From NCBI GenBank assembly GCA_963724765.1, contig CAVRVY010000004.1, positions 864,001-928,000 of the forward strand: a DNA stretch of 64,000 bases. Reading direction: 5' to 3'. Position 1 is the stretch's first letter, and each line of letters starts with the position of its first letter. Position numbers and translations under genes: made by a program. Of the stretch, positions 1 to 9,722 are shown one piece after another. The notes under the pieces were generated by a model. It had not been told where the DNA came from. It did no database searches and saw only the letters and a list, made by a program, of their open reading frames with translations. This DNA is from an uncultured delta proteobacterium. GTDB lineage: Bacteria; Desulfobacterota; Binatia; Binatales; Binataceae.

Positions 1-2
1 CG

Positions 3-569
3 ACCTTCAATGCCGGAACGTACACGTTTTGCGGTGCCGTCGACATCGTCGGCAACAACACCGTCACTTTGCAGCCTGGTACGTATTTCGGCGGAATCAA
101 GATCAGCGGCAATGCCAGCGTAAGCTTCAGTCCGGGCACCTATATCCTGGCCGGCGGCGGTCTGACGGTTACCGGCAACTCCACGCTGAAGGGCACCGGT
201 GTGACTTTCTATAACACCAGTGCGACAGGATACGCGTACGCGCCAATCGACTTGACCGGCAATGAGACGGCCAACCTCAGCGCTCCCACCTCAGGGGCCT
301 TCGAAGGCTTCCTCCTCTTCCAGGATCCGTCGATCCCTGTCGGCTCCGCGGCTATCACTATCGTTGGCAACTCGTCGTCGACCTTCGATGGCATCATTTA
401 CGCACCCAAAACCGCGATCACTTACGTCGGCAACTCCAGCGGCGCCGGCTACACGGTTTTGATCGGCTATACAATCTCGGTGACCGGCAACTCCACATTA
501 AACATCGGTAACAGTTACTCCTCGCTTGCCCACGGATCGCCGATAAAGTCGAGCGCGCTCTATGAATAG
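3..569 (+). CDS. TadG-like / Tad-associated minor pilin or adhesin, C-terminal part (5' end outside window)
   Basis: Frame open from window start; repeated 'PGTY..GG..I.GN' beta-helix-like motifs and 'G.IYAP' motif; overlaps start of a TadE-like gene. Confidence 0.7.
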   Translation, partial: TFNAGTYTFCGAVDIVGNNTVTLQPGTYFGGIKISGNASVSFSPGTYILAGGGLTVTGNSTLKGTGVTFYNTSATGYAYAPIDLTGNETANLSAPTSGAFEGFLLFQDPSIPVGSAAITIVGNSSSTFDGIIYAPKTAITYVGNSSGAGYTVLIGYTISVTGNSTLNIGNSYSSLAHGSPIKSSALYE

Positions 570-1038
570 CCATCGCGCAAGCAGAACTTCCGGATGGCGA
601 CGGCTTTGGGCTGGTCGTGGCCAGAGCTATGTCGAGTTGGCCTTCGCGCTTCCAGTACTTGCGATTGTTTTGGTGGTGGCAGCCGATTTCGGACGGCTCT
701 TCTACACTTATGTCGAGGTGATCAATGCAGCGCGCGCCGCGGCGCAATATGGATCGAATAGCGTCGTTACCGCCGCCAACTCGACCGGGATGATTGCCGC
801 GGCTAAGCAGGATGGCGTGAATGTGGCCAATTTGACGGTGACCGCCAGCCAGTGTACGTGCGCAACCGCGACCTCATCTGTTCCCGCCTGTTCATCGAAC
901 TACTGCACCGATGATCCGCAGGGAAACTATGTTGTCGTCAATGCACAGGCTCCGTTTGCCACAATAATGAAATACCCGGGAATTCCCTCCTCCGTCACCC
1001 TCGACAGTCAGGCCGTGATGCAAGTTCAGCAACAATGA
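562..1038 (+). CDS. tadE: TadE/TadG-family pseudopilin
   Basis: Prepilin motif RGQSYVELA + hydrophobic helix + 'AARAAAQY' motif. Confidence 0.85.
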   Translation: MNSHRASRTSGWRRLWAGRGQSYVELAFALPVLAIVLVVAADFGRLFYTYVEVINAARAAAQYGSNSVVTAANSTGMIAAAKQDGVNVANLTVTASQCTCATATSSVPACSSNYCTDDPQGNYVVVNAQAPFATIMKYPGIPSSVTLDSQAVMQVQQQ

Positions 1039-1469
1039 GAAGACCTTTCATTGCTGTGGTTGCGAAGCGTACGCCTGGCGCAGGGACGGTGGAATTTGCG
1101 TTAGTGGCTACCGTCTTCCTTTTGCTAACGTTTGCGATAATCCAGATGGCGATAGTGGTGTACTCGTATAACACCATCAGCCAAGCCGCCCGCGAATGCG
1201 TGCGCTACGCCATCGTGCATTCGCCTACTGGCCCCAACCCGGCGACGACCGCTCAGATCGAGAACGTCACGGTTGGTTATGCTGACGTGCCTGCACCAAA
1301 CCAGCTAACGCCGAGCGGGGTTACGGTGACTTGGCCAGCCGATTCGAGTCTTCCCTCGCAGGCCGATGCGCAGTGCAGCATCTCTTTGAAATACAACCTG
1401 CAGATACCTTTTCTGCCATCGATGACGCTGCCGCTTACCGCTAGCGCACGGATGCTGGTTTCTCAGTAA
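1035..1469 (+). CDS. tadE: TadE-family pseudopilin
   Basis: GAGTVEFALV prepilin motif, TM helix, 'AARECVRYA'; ATGA overlap with upstream gene. Confidence 0.85.
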   Translation: MRRPFIAVVAKRTPGAGTVEFALVATVFLLLTFAIIQMAIVVYSYNTISQAARECVRYAIVHSPTGPNPATTAQIENVTVGYADVPAPNQLTPSGVTVTWPADSSLPSQADAQCSISLKYNLQIPFLPSMTLPLTASARMLVSQ

Positions 1470-1480
1470 CTGAGTAGCTA

Positions 1481-1509
1481 GGGTTCGCCTCGCGCGATGA
1501 GGCGGACCC
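1481..1509. terminator. Stem-loop between convergent genes (possible terminator)
   Basis: GGGTTCGCCTC/GAGGCGGACCC 11-bp stem (one G-U), 7-nt loop; no U-tract. Confidence 0.45.
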
Positions 1510-1537
1510 GTCCGCCCAACCGCCAAGGCCGTGACGC

Positions 1538-2560
1538 CTAGTGCGGGAACTCGACGATCACCTTGGCCCGGCCGCCCGGCTTGCGCAGCGCCTGGAACAT
1601 CTCGGGCACCTGGTCGACACCGATCACGTCGGTAACCATCGGTCGCGGGTCGACCTTGCCGGTCTCAAGCGCGTCGATCGTCTCCTGGAACTCCGCGTCG
1701 TTGTAGCCGAGCACGAAGTTGACCGTGACCTCCTTGAAAATGCATCGCACCGGCGTGATCTCATCCGGCTCCATGCACACCCCGAGCACCACCACCCGTC
1801 CCAGCGTCGCGACCATGTTGATCGCCGACTCCAGCGTCGACTTCACGCCGATGCACTCGAAGACGAGATCGGGGCCGCGCCCGGTCAACTCGCGCATCCG
1901 CTCGGCCGGATCCTTCTCTGTGGGATCGACGACTTCGGTCGCGCCGAGCCGCCGGGCCAGATCGCCGCGCCCCCGCGCCAGCTCGGATACGATCACCGTT
2001 GTCGCGCCCTTGGCCTTGCACCATATCAGGGTCGAGAGTCCGATCGGCCCGGCGCCCATCACCACGCACGCGGCGCCCGGACCCAGCCCGGAGCGGTTGA
2101 CGCCGTGCAGGCCGACCGAGAGCGGCTCGACCAGTGCGCCCAGTTGCGAGCTTACGTTGTCGGGCAGCTTGAAAAGGCTCTTCGCTCCACACATCACGTA
2201 CTGGGCGTAGGCGCCTGGAAGCTGTCCCAGGCCGAGCCCGCGGATGTTCTCGCAATGCATCCCATGGCCGGCAAGGCACCGCTCGCAGGTGTTGCATCCG
2301 ATATACGGGAGCGAAGTCACGCGGTCGCCGATCGCGTAGCCGGTGACCTGCGGGCCGAGTTCGACGATCTCGCCGCAGAACTCGTGCCCCATCACCGAGT
2401 CGGGCGGCATCCCGAAGCCGAATTGCACGGCGTGCAAATCGGAACCGCAAATTCCGCAGTCATGGACCTTGAGCACGACCTCGCCGGGCCCGGCCGTGGG
2501 CCTGGGCACGTCGACCACGGCCATCTCGTTCTGCCGTTTGTAGACCGCGGCTTTCATCAA
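1538..2560 (-). CDS. Zn-dependent alcohol dehydrogenase (MDR family)
   Basis: CGICGSDLH, GHEFCG, structural-Zn C..C..C.......C, GAGPIG motifs. Confidence 0.92.
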   Translation of the reverse strand: MMKAAVYKRQNEMAVVDVPRPTAGPGEVVLKVHDCGICGSDLHAVQFGFGMPPDSVMGHEFCGEIVELGPQVTGYAIGDRVTSLPYIGCNTCERCLAGHGMHCENIRGLGLGQLPGAYAQYVMCGAKSLFKLPDNVSSQLGALVEPLSVGLHGVNRSGLGPGAACVVMGAGPIGLSTLIWCKAKGATTVIVSELARGRGDLARRLGATEVVDPTEKDPAERMRELTGRGPDLVFECIGVKSTLESAINMVATLGRVVVLGVCMEPDEITPVRCIFKEVTVNFVLGYNDAEFQETIDALETGKVDPRPMVTDVIGVDQVPEMFQALRKPGGRAKVIVEFPH

Positions 2561-2597
2561 AGTTTCTCCCGCGGGATTTTATAAATTCGCGGTGCCG

Positions 2598-2981
2598 CTA
2601 TTTGCGCTCGATCAGCTCGATCTTGTAGCCGTTGGGATCCTCGACAAACGCAATCACCGCGCCGCCGAATTTCATCGGACCGGCCTCGCGCGTGACCTTC
2701 ACGCCCTTGTGCTTGAGTTCCTCGCAGGTCTTGTGGACGTCGTCGACGCCGACCGCGAGATGGCCGAATGCGGTACCCAGGTCGTAGCTCTTGGTCTCCC
2801 AGTTATGGGTGAGCTCGACGACCGTCTCGTCCTCCTCGTCGCCATAGCCGACGAAGGCCAGGGTGAATTTTCCGTCGGGATAATCCTTGCGCCTCAGCAA
2901 TTTCATTCCCAGCGCGCCGCAGTAGAACTTCAGCGTCTCGTCGAGATCGTTGACCCGGATCATCGTGTGCAAAAGCCGCAT
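2598..2981 (-). CDS. gloA: Lactoylglutathione lyase (glyoxalase I)
   Basis: MRLLHTMIRV, ELTHNW, FGHLA, FVEDPNGYKIELI signatures. Confidence 0.95.
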   Translation of the reverse strand: MRLLHTMIRVNDLDETLKFYCGALGMKLLRRKDYPDGKFTLAFVGYGDEEDETVVELTHNWETKSYDLGTAFGHLAVGVDDVHKTCEELKHKGVKVTREAGPMKFGGAVIAFVEDPNGYKIELIERK

Positions 2982-3335
2982 CGTGGTTCTCCCTTGTTGG
3001 CACGCCCACTGCCGAGCGCCGCAAACGCGAGTGGTTCACTTTTTCATGGCCGTATTGGCTCTTTTTCCGCGATTGGGCGCGGGATGTCAATCGTGCCCTT
3101 GTGCGCCTACCTTCTTCGCAGCGCGACGGGCTCCGCAGGTTTTTTGCAGGGACGTTTCGGGAACCGCCCTTCTGATTCAGATCTGACGGGCCGTTCTCTA
3201 ACGGCCCCTACAAAACCCGATTGGGGGCGCGCTGTCTTGCCGCGCTGCCGCCCCGGCGAGGCTTTGAAAACCGGATGTGATATGCATTTTTGGAAGCTGC
3301 GGGCTCGCAGAGTAAGGAGGCACGCAAGGAGGCAA

Positions 3336-4517
3336 ATGGACTTCAACTACAGTCCCGAGGACGAGGCGTTTCGGGCCGAGTTCCGCGCCTGGCTTGAAAA
3401 AAACCGCCAGTACGCCACACCCGCGCGCGAGCCGCTGACCGACGAATCCGACGACGAGTGGGAGGCGCGCCTGCGATGGCATCGCAAGCTCAACGAGGGC
3501 GGATGGATCGGACTTAGCTGGCCCAGGGAGTACGGTGGCCGCGGCGCATCCCTGCTCCAGAGCATCATCTATGAGCAGGAGCTCGAGCGCGCCGGCACCG
3601 CCGTGCCGTTCGTCGGCTTCGGCATTTCGCTGCTCGGTCCCACGCTTATCCACTGGGGCACCGACGAACAGAAACGCCGCCATCTGCCCAGGATTTTCAC
3701 CGCCGAGGAAATCTGGTGTCAGGGCTACTCGGAACCCAACTCGGGCTCCGACCTGGCCTCGGTGCAGACCCGCGCGGTCGAAGAGGGCGATTACTTCGTC
3801 GTCAACGGATCGAAAATCTGGACCTCCTCTGCGCATCACGCCGACTGGATATTTCTGCTCACGCGCACCGATACCGAGGCGCCCAAACACAAGGGCATCA
3901 GTTACCTGCTGGTCGATATGAAAACGCCCGGAGTTACCGTGCGGCCGCTGGTCCAGATGACCGGCGCGCGCGGCTTCAACCAGGTCTTCTTCGAAGACGT
4001 CCGCGTGCCCAAGGCTAACATCGTCGGGCACAAGAACCAGGGATGGCAGGTCGCGATCACCACGCTGATGTTCGAACGCTCGGGCGGCCATGACCGGGGG
4101 CTGATGCGCCAAGTGCGCGAGCTGACGACACTCGCGAAGCGGCTGCCGCGCAATGGGCGCAACGCCTGGGACGACACCAGCGTGCGACAGCGGATCGCGC
4201 AGTTCGCGATGGAGGTCGAGGCGATCAAGTACACGGGCTTTCGCAACCTCACGCGCCAGCTCAAGGGACTGCCGCCGGGGCCGGAGGGCTCGATGATGAA
4301 GCTGTGCGCCACCGAGCTGGGCTTGAAGATCGCGATGTTCGCGATGGAATTGCTGGGGCCGTATAGCCAGTTCGAGTACGGTGCGGCCTTCGCCATGGAT
4401 CACGGCACCTGGTCGCAGCGGATGCTGGCGGCGCGTGGCCCGACGATCTACGCCGGGACCAACCAGATCCAGCACAACATCATCGGCGAGCGCGTGCTGG
4501 GCCTGCCCAAGGGATAG
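3336..4517 (+). CDS. Acyl-CoA dehydrogenase family protein
   Basis: WCQGYSEPNSGSDLAS, NGSKIWTS, FNQVFFEDVRVP, IIGERVLGLPK; start moved to ATG 3336 after AAGGAGG RBS. Confidence 0.93.
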   Translation: MDFNYSPEDEAFRAEFRAWLEKNRQYATPAREPLTDESDDEWEARLRWHRKLNEGGWIGLSWPREYGGRGASLLQSIIYEQELERAGTAVPFVGFGISLLGPTLIHWGTDEQKRRHLPRIFTAEEIWCQGYSEPNSGSDLASVQTRAVEEGDYFVVNGSKIWTSSAHHADWIFLLTRTDTEAPKHKGISYLLVDMKTPGVTVRPLVQMTGARGFNQVFFEDVRVPKANIVGHKNQGWQVAITTLMFERSGGHDRGLMRQVRELTTLAKRLPRNGRNAWDDTSVRQRIAQFAMEVEAIKYTGFRNLTRQLKGLPPGPEGSMMKLCATELGLKIAMFAMELLGPYSQFEYGAAFAMDHGTWSQRMLAARGPTIYAGTNQIQHNIIGERVLGLPKG

Positions 4518-4559
4518 TACGACACGGCTCAGCGCCCTGCACTCCGTCAGAATCCAGAA

Positions 4560-5879
4560 CTAGCGGCCCCGCGGTGCGGCCGGGCCTGCGCTCGCCGCCA
4601 CATGCTGCTGTAGCGCGCGAACGCTGATACCGAGTTTGCGCGCGGCCGCCGTCCGGTCGCCGCCGCATACCACCAGCGCCTGCATCACCATCTCGCGCCG
4701 CATCCGGAACGGACTCGACTTCCAGATCGAGGGAGCGATAAGAGGTCCGACGAGTTCGGGGCGGAGGTCGTCGGCTTCGATAAGCTGGCTCGCGCCGTCG
4801 TGCTGCAGGATCGCGAACCGCGTAACCAGATTGTGCAGCTCGCGCACGTTGCCCGGAAATGGATAGTTGCCCAGCGCCCTGAGCGCTCCAGGCGTGAAGC
4901 TCAGTTGGGACGCCGCGACGCGCAGGAAGCCGGCTGCGAGCAGCCCGATGTCGTCGCGGCGCTCGCGCAACGGTGGCACTCCCAGGGTCAGAACGGCGAG
5001 CCGGTCGTAGAGCTCGCGCCTGAACCGGCCCTTCAAGACCATCGGCCCCAAAGGCCGGTTGGTCGCCGATACCAGGCGGGCGCCGGGCCGGATTTTTCCA
5101 ACCTCGGAATCGCTCGCCACGGAATCACCGGCTCTCAAGATCGCGCGCAGCACTCGGCTCTGCGAGGCGGGTGAAAGTTCCGAAACCTGGTCGAGGAACA
5201 GCGTGGTGCCAGAGGCCGCGCACAGCTCGTCGAGCCGGTTTTCGCCGCCCGCCGCGCCGCGCACGGCATCGCCGGACGCATCCTTTTCAGGGCCGCGATC
5301 AACCCTGCGCGGTCCCAGGGCAGGATCGTTGAGTGCAGCGCAGTTGACCGAAGACATTCCGCCAGCGCGTCCGCTGGCGGCGTGAATCAGACGCACCAGC
5401 AATTCCTTGCCAGTGCCTGTCTCGCCGGTCACCAGGATCGGCGAATCCACCTGCCCTGCGCGTGTAGCGGCGCGAATGACCGCGAACATCGCGGCGTCGG
5501 CGGTCAACAGCGGCGGAGAAAGTCCGAAAGCTTGCGAGACGATATAACTCGCCGCGGCCCACACGCCGCCGGGTCCTTCGAATTCGATTGCGTCAATCCT
5601 ATCAGCGCGCCCGTCGGCGCGTTCGATCCGCAACCGCGCCGTGGAACCGCCAGCTCGACCGTCTGCCGCAAACGATTCGAACGCTTCGACCGATTCGACG
5701 CGTATCGTGGCGCGCTCGCGATCGTTTGGCGCAAGCAATTCGATTCCCAATCCCGAGAGCAACGGTTCCATCGATCGCGGCAATGCCGGCGCCAGCCAGA
5801 CCCTTTCGCAGCTCGTATGCGCGCTGCCCGTCTTCTGAATTTCAGTCTTCGCGATTTCAGTCTCCATGTGATCTTTCAT
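4560..5879 (-). CDS. Degenerate sigma54-dependent (NtrC/Fis-type) transcriptional regulator
   Basis: GETGTGKE Walker A, ATNRPL, FPGNVREL, C-terminal Fis HTH; GAFTGA loop absent, Walker B reads LFLDQV; start uncertain (GAGGG precedes ATG 5879). Confidence 0.8.
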   Translation of the reverse strand: MKDHMETEIAKTEIQKTGSAHTSCERVWLAPALPRSMEPLLSGLGIELLAPNDRERATIRVESVEAFESFAADGRAGGSTARLRIERADGRADRIDAIEFEGPGGVWAAASYIVSQAFGLSPPLLTADAAMFAVIRAATRAGQVDSPILVTGETGTGKELLVRLIHAASGRAGGMSSVNCAALNDPALGPRRVDRGPEKDASGDAVRGAAGGENRLDELCAASGTTLFLDQVSELSPASQSRVLRAILRAGDSVASDSEVGKIRPGARLVSATNRPLGPMVLKGRFRRELYDRLAVLTLGVPPLRERRDDIGLLAAGFLRVAASQLSFTPGALRALGNYPFPGNVRELHNLVTRFAILQHDGASQLIEADDLRPELVGPLIAPSIWKSSPFRMRREMVMQALVVCGGDRTAAARKLGISVRALQQHVAASAGPAAPRGR

Positions 5880-6101
5880 CCGACCCTCGCAAAATCCTGC
5901 CCGCACCGATCACCCTTGCCCGCCTCACTCGCTCACCGATCTGCGACCTCTACCGCCGCTCCCGCCGGTCAGCTAGCTCACCGATCTTCGACCTTGCCGA
6001 CGGTACCCCTCATCCTGCTCATCCGCCTGCGACCCTCGCCCACCGCGCACTCCGCTGCCGGCGCCGTTTACATCCGCCGCGTGTTCTCTGAGAACGGTAG
6101 G

Positions 6102-6118
6102 TGCAAGGCGGATACCAA
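6102..6118 (-). promoter_or_regulatory. Putative sigma54 (-24/-12) promoter
   Basis: Minus strand TTGGTATCCGCCTTGCA = GG-N10-GC with TTGCA -12 element, facing gene 4560-5879. Confidence 0.6.
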
Positions 6119-6454
6119 ACCGGCGAAAGAGCCAAAACTCAAACAAGCGGAGCAGAACTCGCCATTGCCATCAGACGACGAAAAGTTGGCGACGAAAATC
6201 CGCTCTATGCGTCGGATGAGCGTGTAAACAATGGCGAAAGGCGGAGCGCCGATGGACCGCCCCGGAGACACACTTGATCCGCGCGTGATACGTCCGTCAG
6301 GTAGCGCACGGGTGTGAGACGTTTTCGCGTGACCAACTCGCTGGCTTTTTTGCGTCCCGATGTTCTACACCCTTGGTTGAGTTGATGAGGTAAAATTATC
6401 GGCGCGCAAAAAAGTCGCGGAAAATCGAACGACGCGCACCGCGGAGCGATAACG

Positions 6455-8212
6455 ATGGCGAACGCGCATCAAAGTGAACTGGCCTTCAAAGTCGTGGTCG
6501 AAAAGGATCAGCCGATGCGCACGCGCGATGGCGTGTGCCTGCGTGCCGACGTGTATCGTCCCGACGCGCCGGGACGGTTCCCGGTGCTGCTGGTGCGCAC
6601 GCCATATGACAAGGGCGCCGGGATGGCGCTGACTGAGAAGGACTACTTTCCCCCACGCGGATACGTCGTGGTGGTGCAGGACACGCGCGGACGCCATAGC
6701 TCGGAGGGCGACTTCTATCCCTTCATCCACGAGGCGCGCGACGGTTACGACGCCGTGGAGTGGGCGGCGGCGTTGCCCTGCTCGGACGGCCAGGTCGGGA
6801 TGGTTGGGCAGTCGTACCTCGGACTGGTGCAGTATTACGCCGCCAGTCTGCGACCGCCGCATCTGCGCATCGCCGCGCCTGTTTCAGGACCGGTCAGCTA
6901 TTTCGAGAATTTCGCGTACCGGCGCGGCGCGCTGGAACTGGGATGGATGCTGTCCTACTTCATGTTCATGGCGCGCGACACGCTGGCGCGCAAGGGGATT
7001 TACGACCAGCATCGCGAGCGGCTGGACAGCTATGTCTCGCGTCCGGACATCCCGATGGCTCCGCTCAAGCGCGACGCCTACCAACATTTGCCGGTTGGCG
7101 ATTGGGGCGAGCGGCTGAAAGATGGCGCGCCGTATTTTGCTGACTATCTACGCCATTGGACTGACTGTCCGTATTGGGCGGCGACCGATTTGCGCTCACG
7201 CTTCGGCGAATTCGACACGCCGATGTTTCACGTCGGCTCGTGGTACGACGTGTTCCAATACGACACGCTCGCGATGTACCTCGGGATGCATGACGGCGCG
7301 CGCAGCGCGCCGGCGCGGCGCGCGCAGAAGTTGCTGATGGGTCCGTGGGCGCATCTGCTGCCCTACTCGATCCCGACTTCGCGCGGTACCGGGGATATCG
7401 ACTTCGGCCCCGAGGCCTCAATCGAGCTGCACGCCCTGCAACTGCGATGGTTCGATCACTTTCTCAAGGGGATCGGCAACGGCGTGCTCGAGGAGCCGCC
7501 GGTGCGGCTGTTCGTGATGGGCGAGAACCGATGGCGCGACGAGAACGAATGGCCGCTCGCGCGTACGCGATACACCGAGATGTTCCTGCATAGCGGCGGG
7601 CACGCCAACAGCCTAAACGGCGACGGGCGGCTCGGTCCTGCGAGGCCGGGCGAGGAGCCGGCCGATCGTTACGTCTATGACCCCAATGATCCGGTGCCGA
7701 CGCGCGGCGGCACGACGCTGGGGTTGAAGGCCGGGGTCTTCGATCAGCGCGAGGTCGAGCAGCGGGGCGATGTCCTGGTCTATACCGGCGAAACGCTGGC
7801 GGACGACCTGGAAGTCACGGGGCCGGTGACGATGATTCTGTACGCGGCCTCGTCAGCGCCGGATACTGACTTCACGGCGAAGCTGTGCGACGTGCGGCCG
7901 GATGGCTATGCGCAGAATATCGTGGAGGGCGTGGTGCGCGCGCGTTTTCGCGAGTCGCTCGCAGTGCCGTCGCCGATCGTACCGGAAAGGGTCTACGAAT
8001 ACCGGCTCGACCTGTGGGCGACCAGCCATCTGTTCAAGGCCGGGCATCGCCTGCGACTGGAGGTTTCGTCGAGCAATTTTCCACGCTACGACCGCAACCC
8101 CAACACTGGCAAGGATCTGTTCGCCCACGCCGAGCTTGCACGGGCGCATCAGAGCGTCTTCCACGACAGCCGCTACTCCTCTCGCGTGGTGCTGCCGATG
8201 ATTCCGCGTTAG
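6455..8212 (+). CDS. CocE/NonD family hydrolase (peptidase S15)
   Basis: RTPYDK, QDTRGR..SEG, GQSYLG nucleophile, GSWYD, GPWAH, SSSNFPRYDRN. Confidence 0.93.
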   Translation: MANAHQSELAFKVVVEKDQPMRTRDGVCLRADVYRPDAPGRFPVLLVRTPYDKGAGMALTEKDYFPPRGYVVVVQDTRGRHSSEGDFYPFIHEARDGYDAVEWAAALPCSDGQVGMVGQSYLGLVQYYAASLRPPHLRIAAPVSGPVSYFENFAYRRGALELGWMLSYFMFMARDTLARKGIYDQHRERLDSYVSRPDIPMAPLKRDAYQHLPVGDWGERLKDGAPYFADYLRHWTDCPYWAATDLRSRFGEFDTPMFHVGSWYDVFQYDTLAMYLGMHDGARSAPARRAQKLLMGPWAHLLPYSIPTSRGTGDIDFGPEASIELHALQLRWFDHFLKGIGNGVLEEPPVRLFVMGENRWRDENEWPLARTRYTEMFLHSGGHANSLNGDGRLGPARPGEEPADRYVYDPNDPVPTRGGTTLGLKAGVFDQREVEQRGDVLVYTGETLADDLEVTGPVTMILYAASSAPDTDFTAKLCDVRPDGYAQNIVEGVVRARFRESLAVPSPIVPERVYEYRLDLWATSHLFKAGHRLRLEVSSSNFPRYDRNPNTGKDLFAHAELARAHQSVFHDSRYSSRVVLPMIPR

Positions 8213-8468
8213 GCTCTAGCGTGCGAATGGCCGAGCGCTTCCGGCCTCCTTTCCCTCGTCTTGAGAGGGGAAAATGGCGATTTTCCTCGCGCTCGACAAC
8301 CCTGATAGTATCCACCCAATCAAGCTCGCGGTTACCGAAACGATCAGGCGACGGCGGATTCGCGTCGCGCCGGGAGCATTGAAACTCAGCGCCGCGAGGC
8401 CAGGACTTCGAGAGTCAACACTGAGAAGCCAAGACTGAAAAGCCAAGGACTGAGAGGACAGACTCAAT

Positions 8469-9722
8469 TTGGCCGCACACAGCTTGCCAGGCAGCTTGCC
8501 CTCGCCTGTCCATCATAAGCCCCGTTTCCTCATCGCCGATCGAATCGCCAATCGCGCATCTCGGTCCGCCAGCGTCATACGGATCGCGCGGATCGGAGCC
8601 GCCATCACGCTCGCCGCCGCGCTCGGCGCGGGATGCTCGAAGTCCGGGCCCGTCGCCACCGGCGGCTTCATGAACGGACCCGTCCCGGTGCTGATTGCCC
8701 AGGCCGTACAGAAGACGGTCCCGATTCAGCTCCATGCCATCGGCACGGTCGAGGCCTACTCGACCGTCTCGGTGAGGTCGCAGATCGATGGCAAAATCGC
8801 CGAGGTTCATTTCCACGAAGGCCAGGACGTAAGAAAGGGCGACCCGCTGGTCACGATCGATCCGCGCCCGCTCGAGGCGTCCCTGCATCAGGCCCAGGCC
8901 AATCTCGCCCGCGACCGCGCGCAGCTTGCGCAGGCAACCAACGACGATAAGCGCTACGGCTACCTGTTGGAGCAGCACGTGGGTTCGCGCGAGCAATACG
9001 ACCAGGCCCATGCCACCGCACAGGCGCTGCGCGCGACCGTGATGGCTGACCAGGCGGCCGAGCAGACGGCGCAGCTCAACCTCGAGTACACCGAGATCCG
9101 TTCGCCGATCGACGGCCGCACCGGCAACCTGATGCTGCATCCGGGCAACCTGGTCAAGGCCAACGATTCCGCCAGCGCGATCGTCGTGATCAACCAGCTC
9201 CAGCCGATCTACGTCGATTTCAACGTGCCCGAGAAGGACCTCGACGAGGTCCGCCGCGACATGAGCGGCCATCAGCTCGCCGTGCTGGTGCGGCCTCGCA
9301 GCCGGGAACTCCAGGCGGCTTCGGAGAGCGGCACGCTCAGCTTCATCGACAACGCCGTCAACGCCAACACCGGCACCTTCGAGCTCAAGGGGATATTCGC
9401 CAATCAAACGCAACGGCTGTGGCCGGGCCAGTTCGTCGACGTCACTTTGACTCTCAGCGAACTCCCGGACACAATTCTGGTGCCGTCGCAAGCAGTGCAA
9501 ACGGGACAGGACGGATCCTTCGTGTTCGTAGTCGAACGGGATATGTCGGCCAAGACACGTCCGGTGGTAGTGGGCGACTCGCTCGAGGGTCAAACGGTGA
9601 TCAAGCGCGGACTCAAAGCCGGTGAAACGGTGGTCACCGACGGCCAATTGCGCCTGTTCCCAGGCGCCAAGGTGAAAATCAAGAGCGGACTGGATCAGCC
9701 GGCGCAGCAGGTGCCCTCGTGA
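8469..9722 (+). CDS. RND efflux periplasmic adaptor (MdtA-like MFP)
   Basis: Lipobox LGAGC, IRSPIDGRTG, LWPGQFV, VVTDGQLRL; start codon uncertain. Confidence 0.9.
   Translation: MAAHSLPGSLPSPVHHKPRFLIADRIANRASRSASVIRIARIGAAITLAAALGAGCSKSGPVATGGFMNGPVPVLIAQAVQKTVPIQLHAIGTVEAYSTVSVRSQIDGKIAEVHFHEGQDVRKGDPLVTIDPRPLEASLHQAQANLARDRAQLAQATNDDKRYGYLLEQHVGSREQYDQAHATAQALRATVMADQAAEQTAQLNLEYTEIRSPIDGRTGNLMLHPGNLVKANDSASAIVVINQLQPIYVDFNVPEKDLDEVRRDMSGHQLAVLVRPRSRELQAASESGTLSFIDNAVNANTGTFELKGIFANQTQRLWPGQFVDVTLTLSELPDTILVPSQAVQTGQDGSFVFVVERDMSAKTRPVVVGDSLEGQTVIKRGLKAGETVVTDGQLRLFPGAKVKIKSGLDQPAQQVPS

Noticed and set aside
2592-3335. 641-aa extended acyl-CoA dehydrogenase ORF
   Set aside because: The extension is the antisense shadow of gloA; a strong RBS and paralog alignment place the start at 3336
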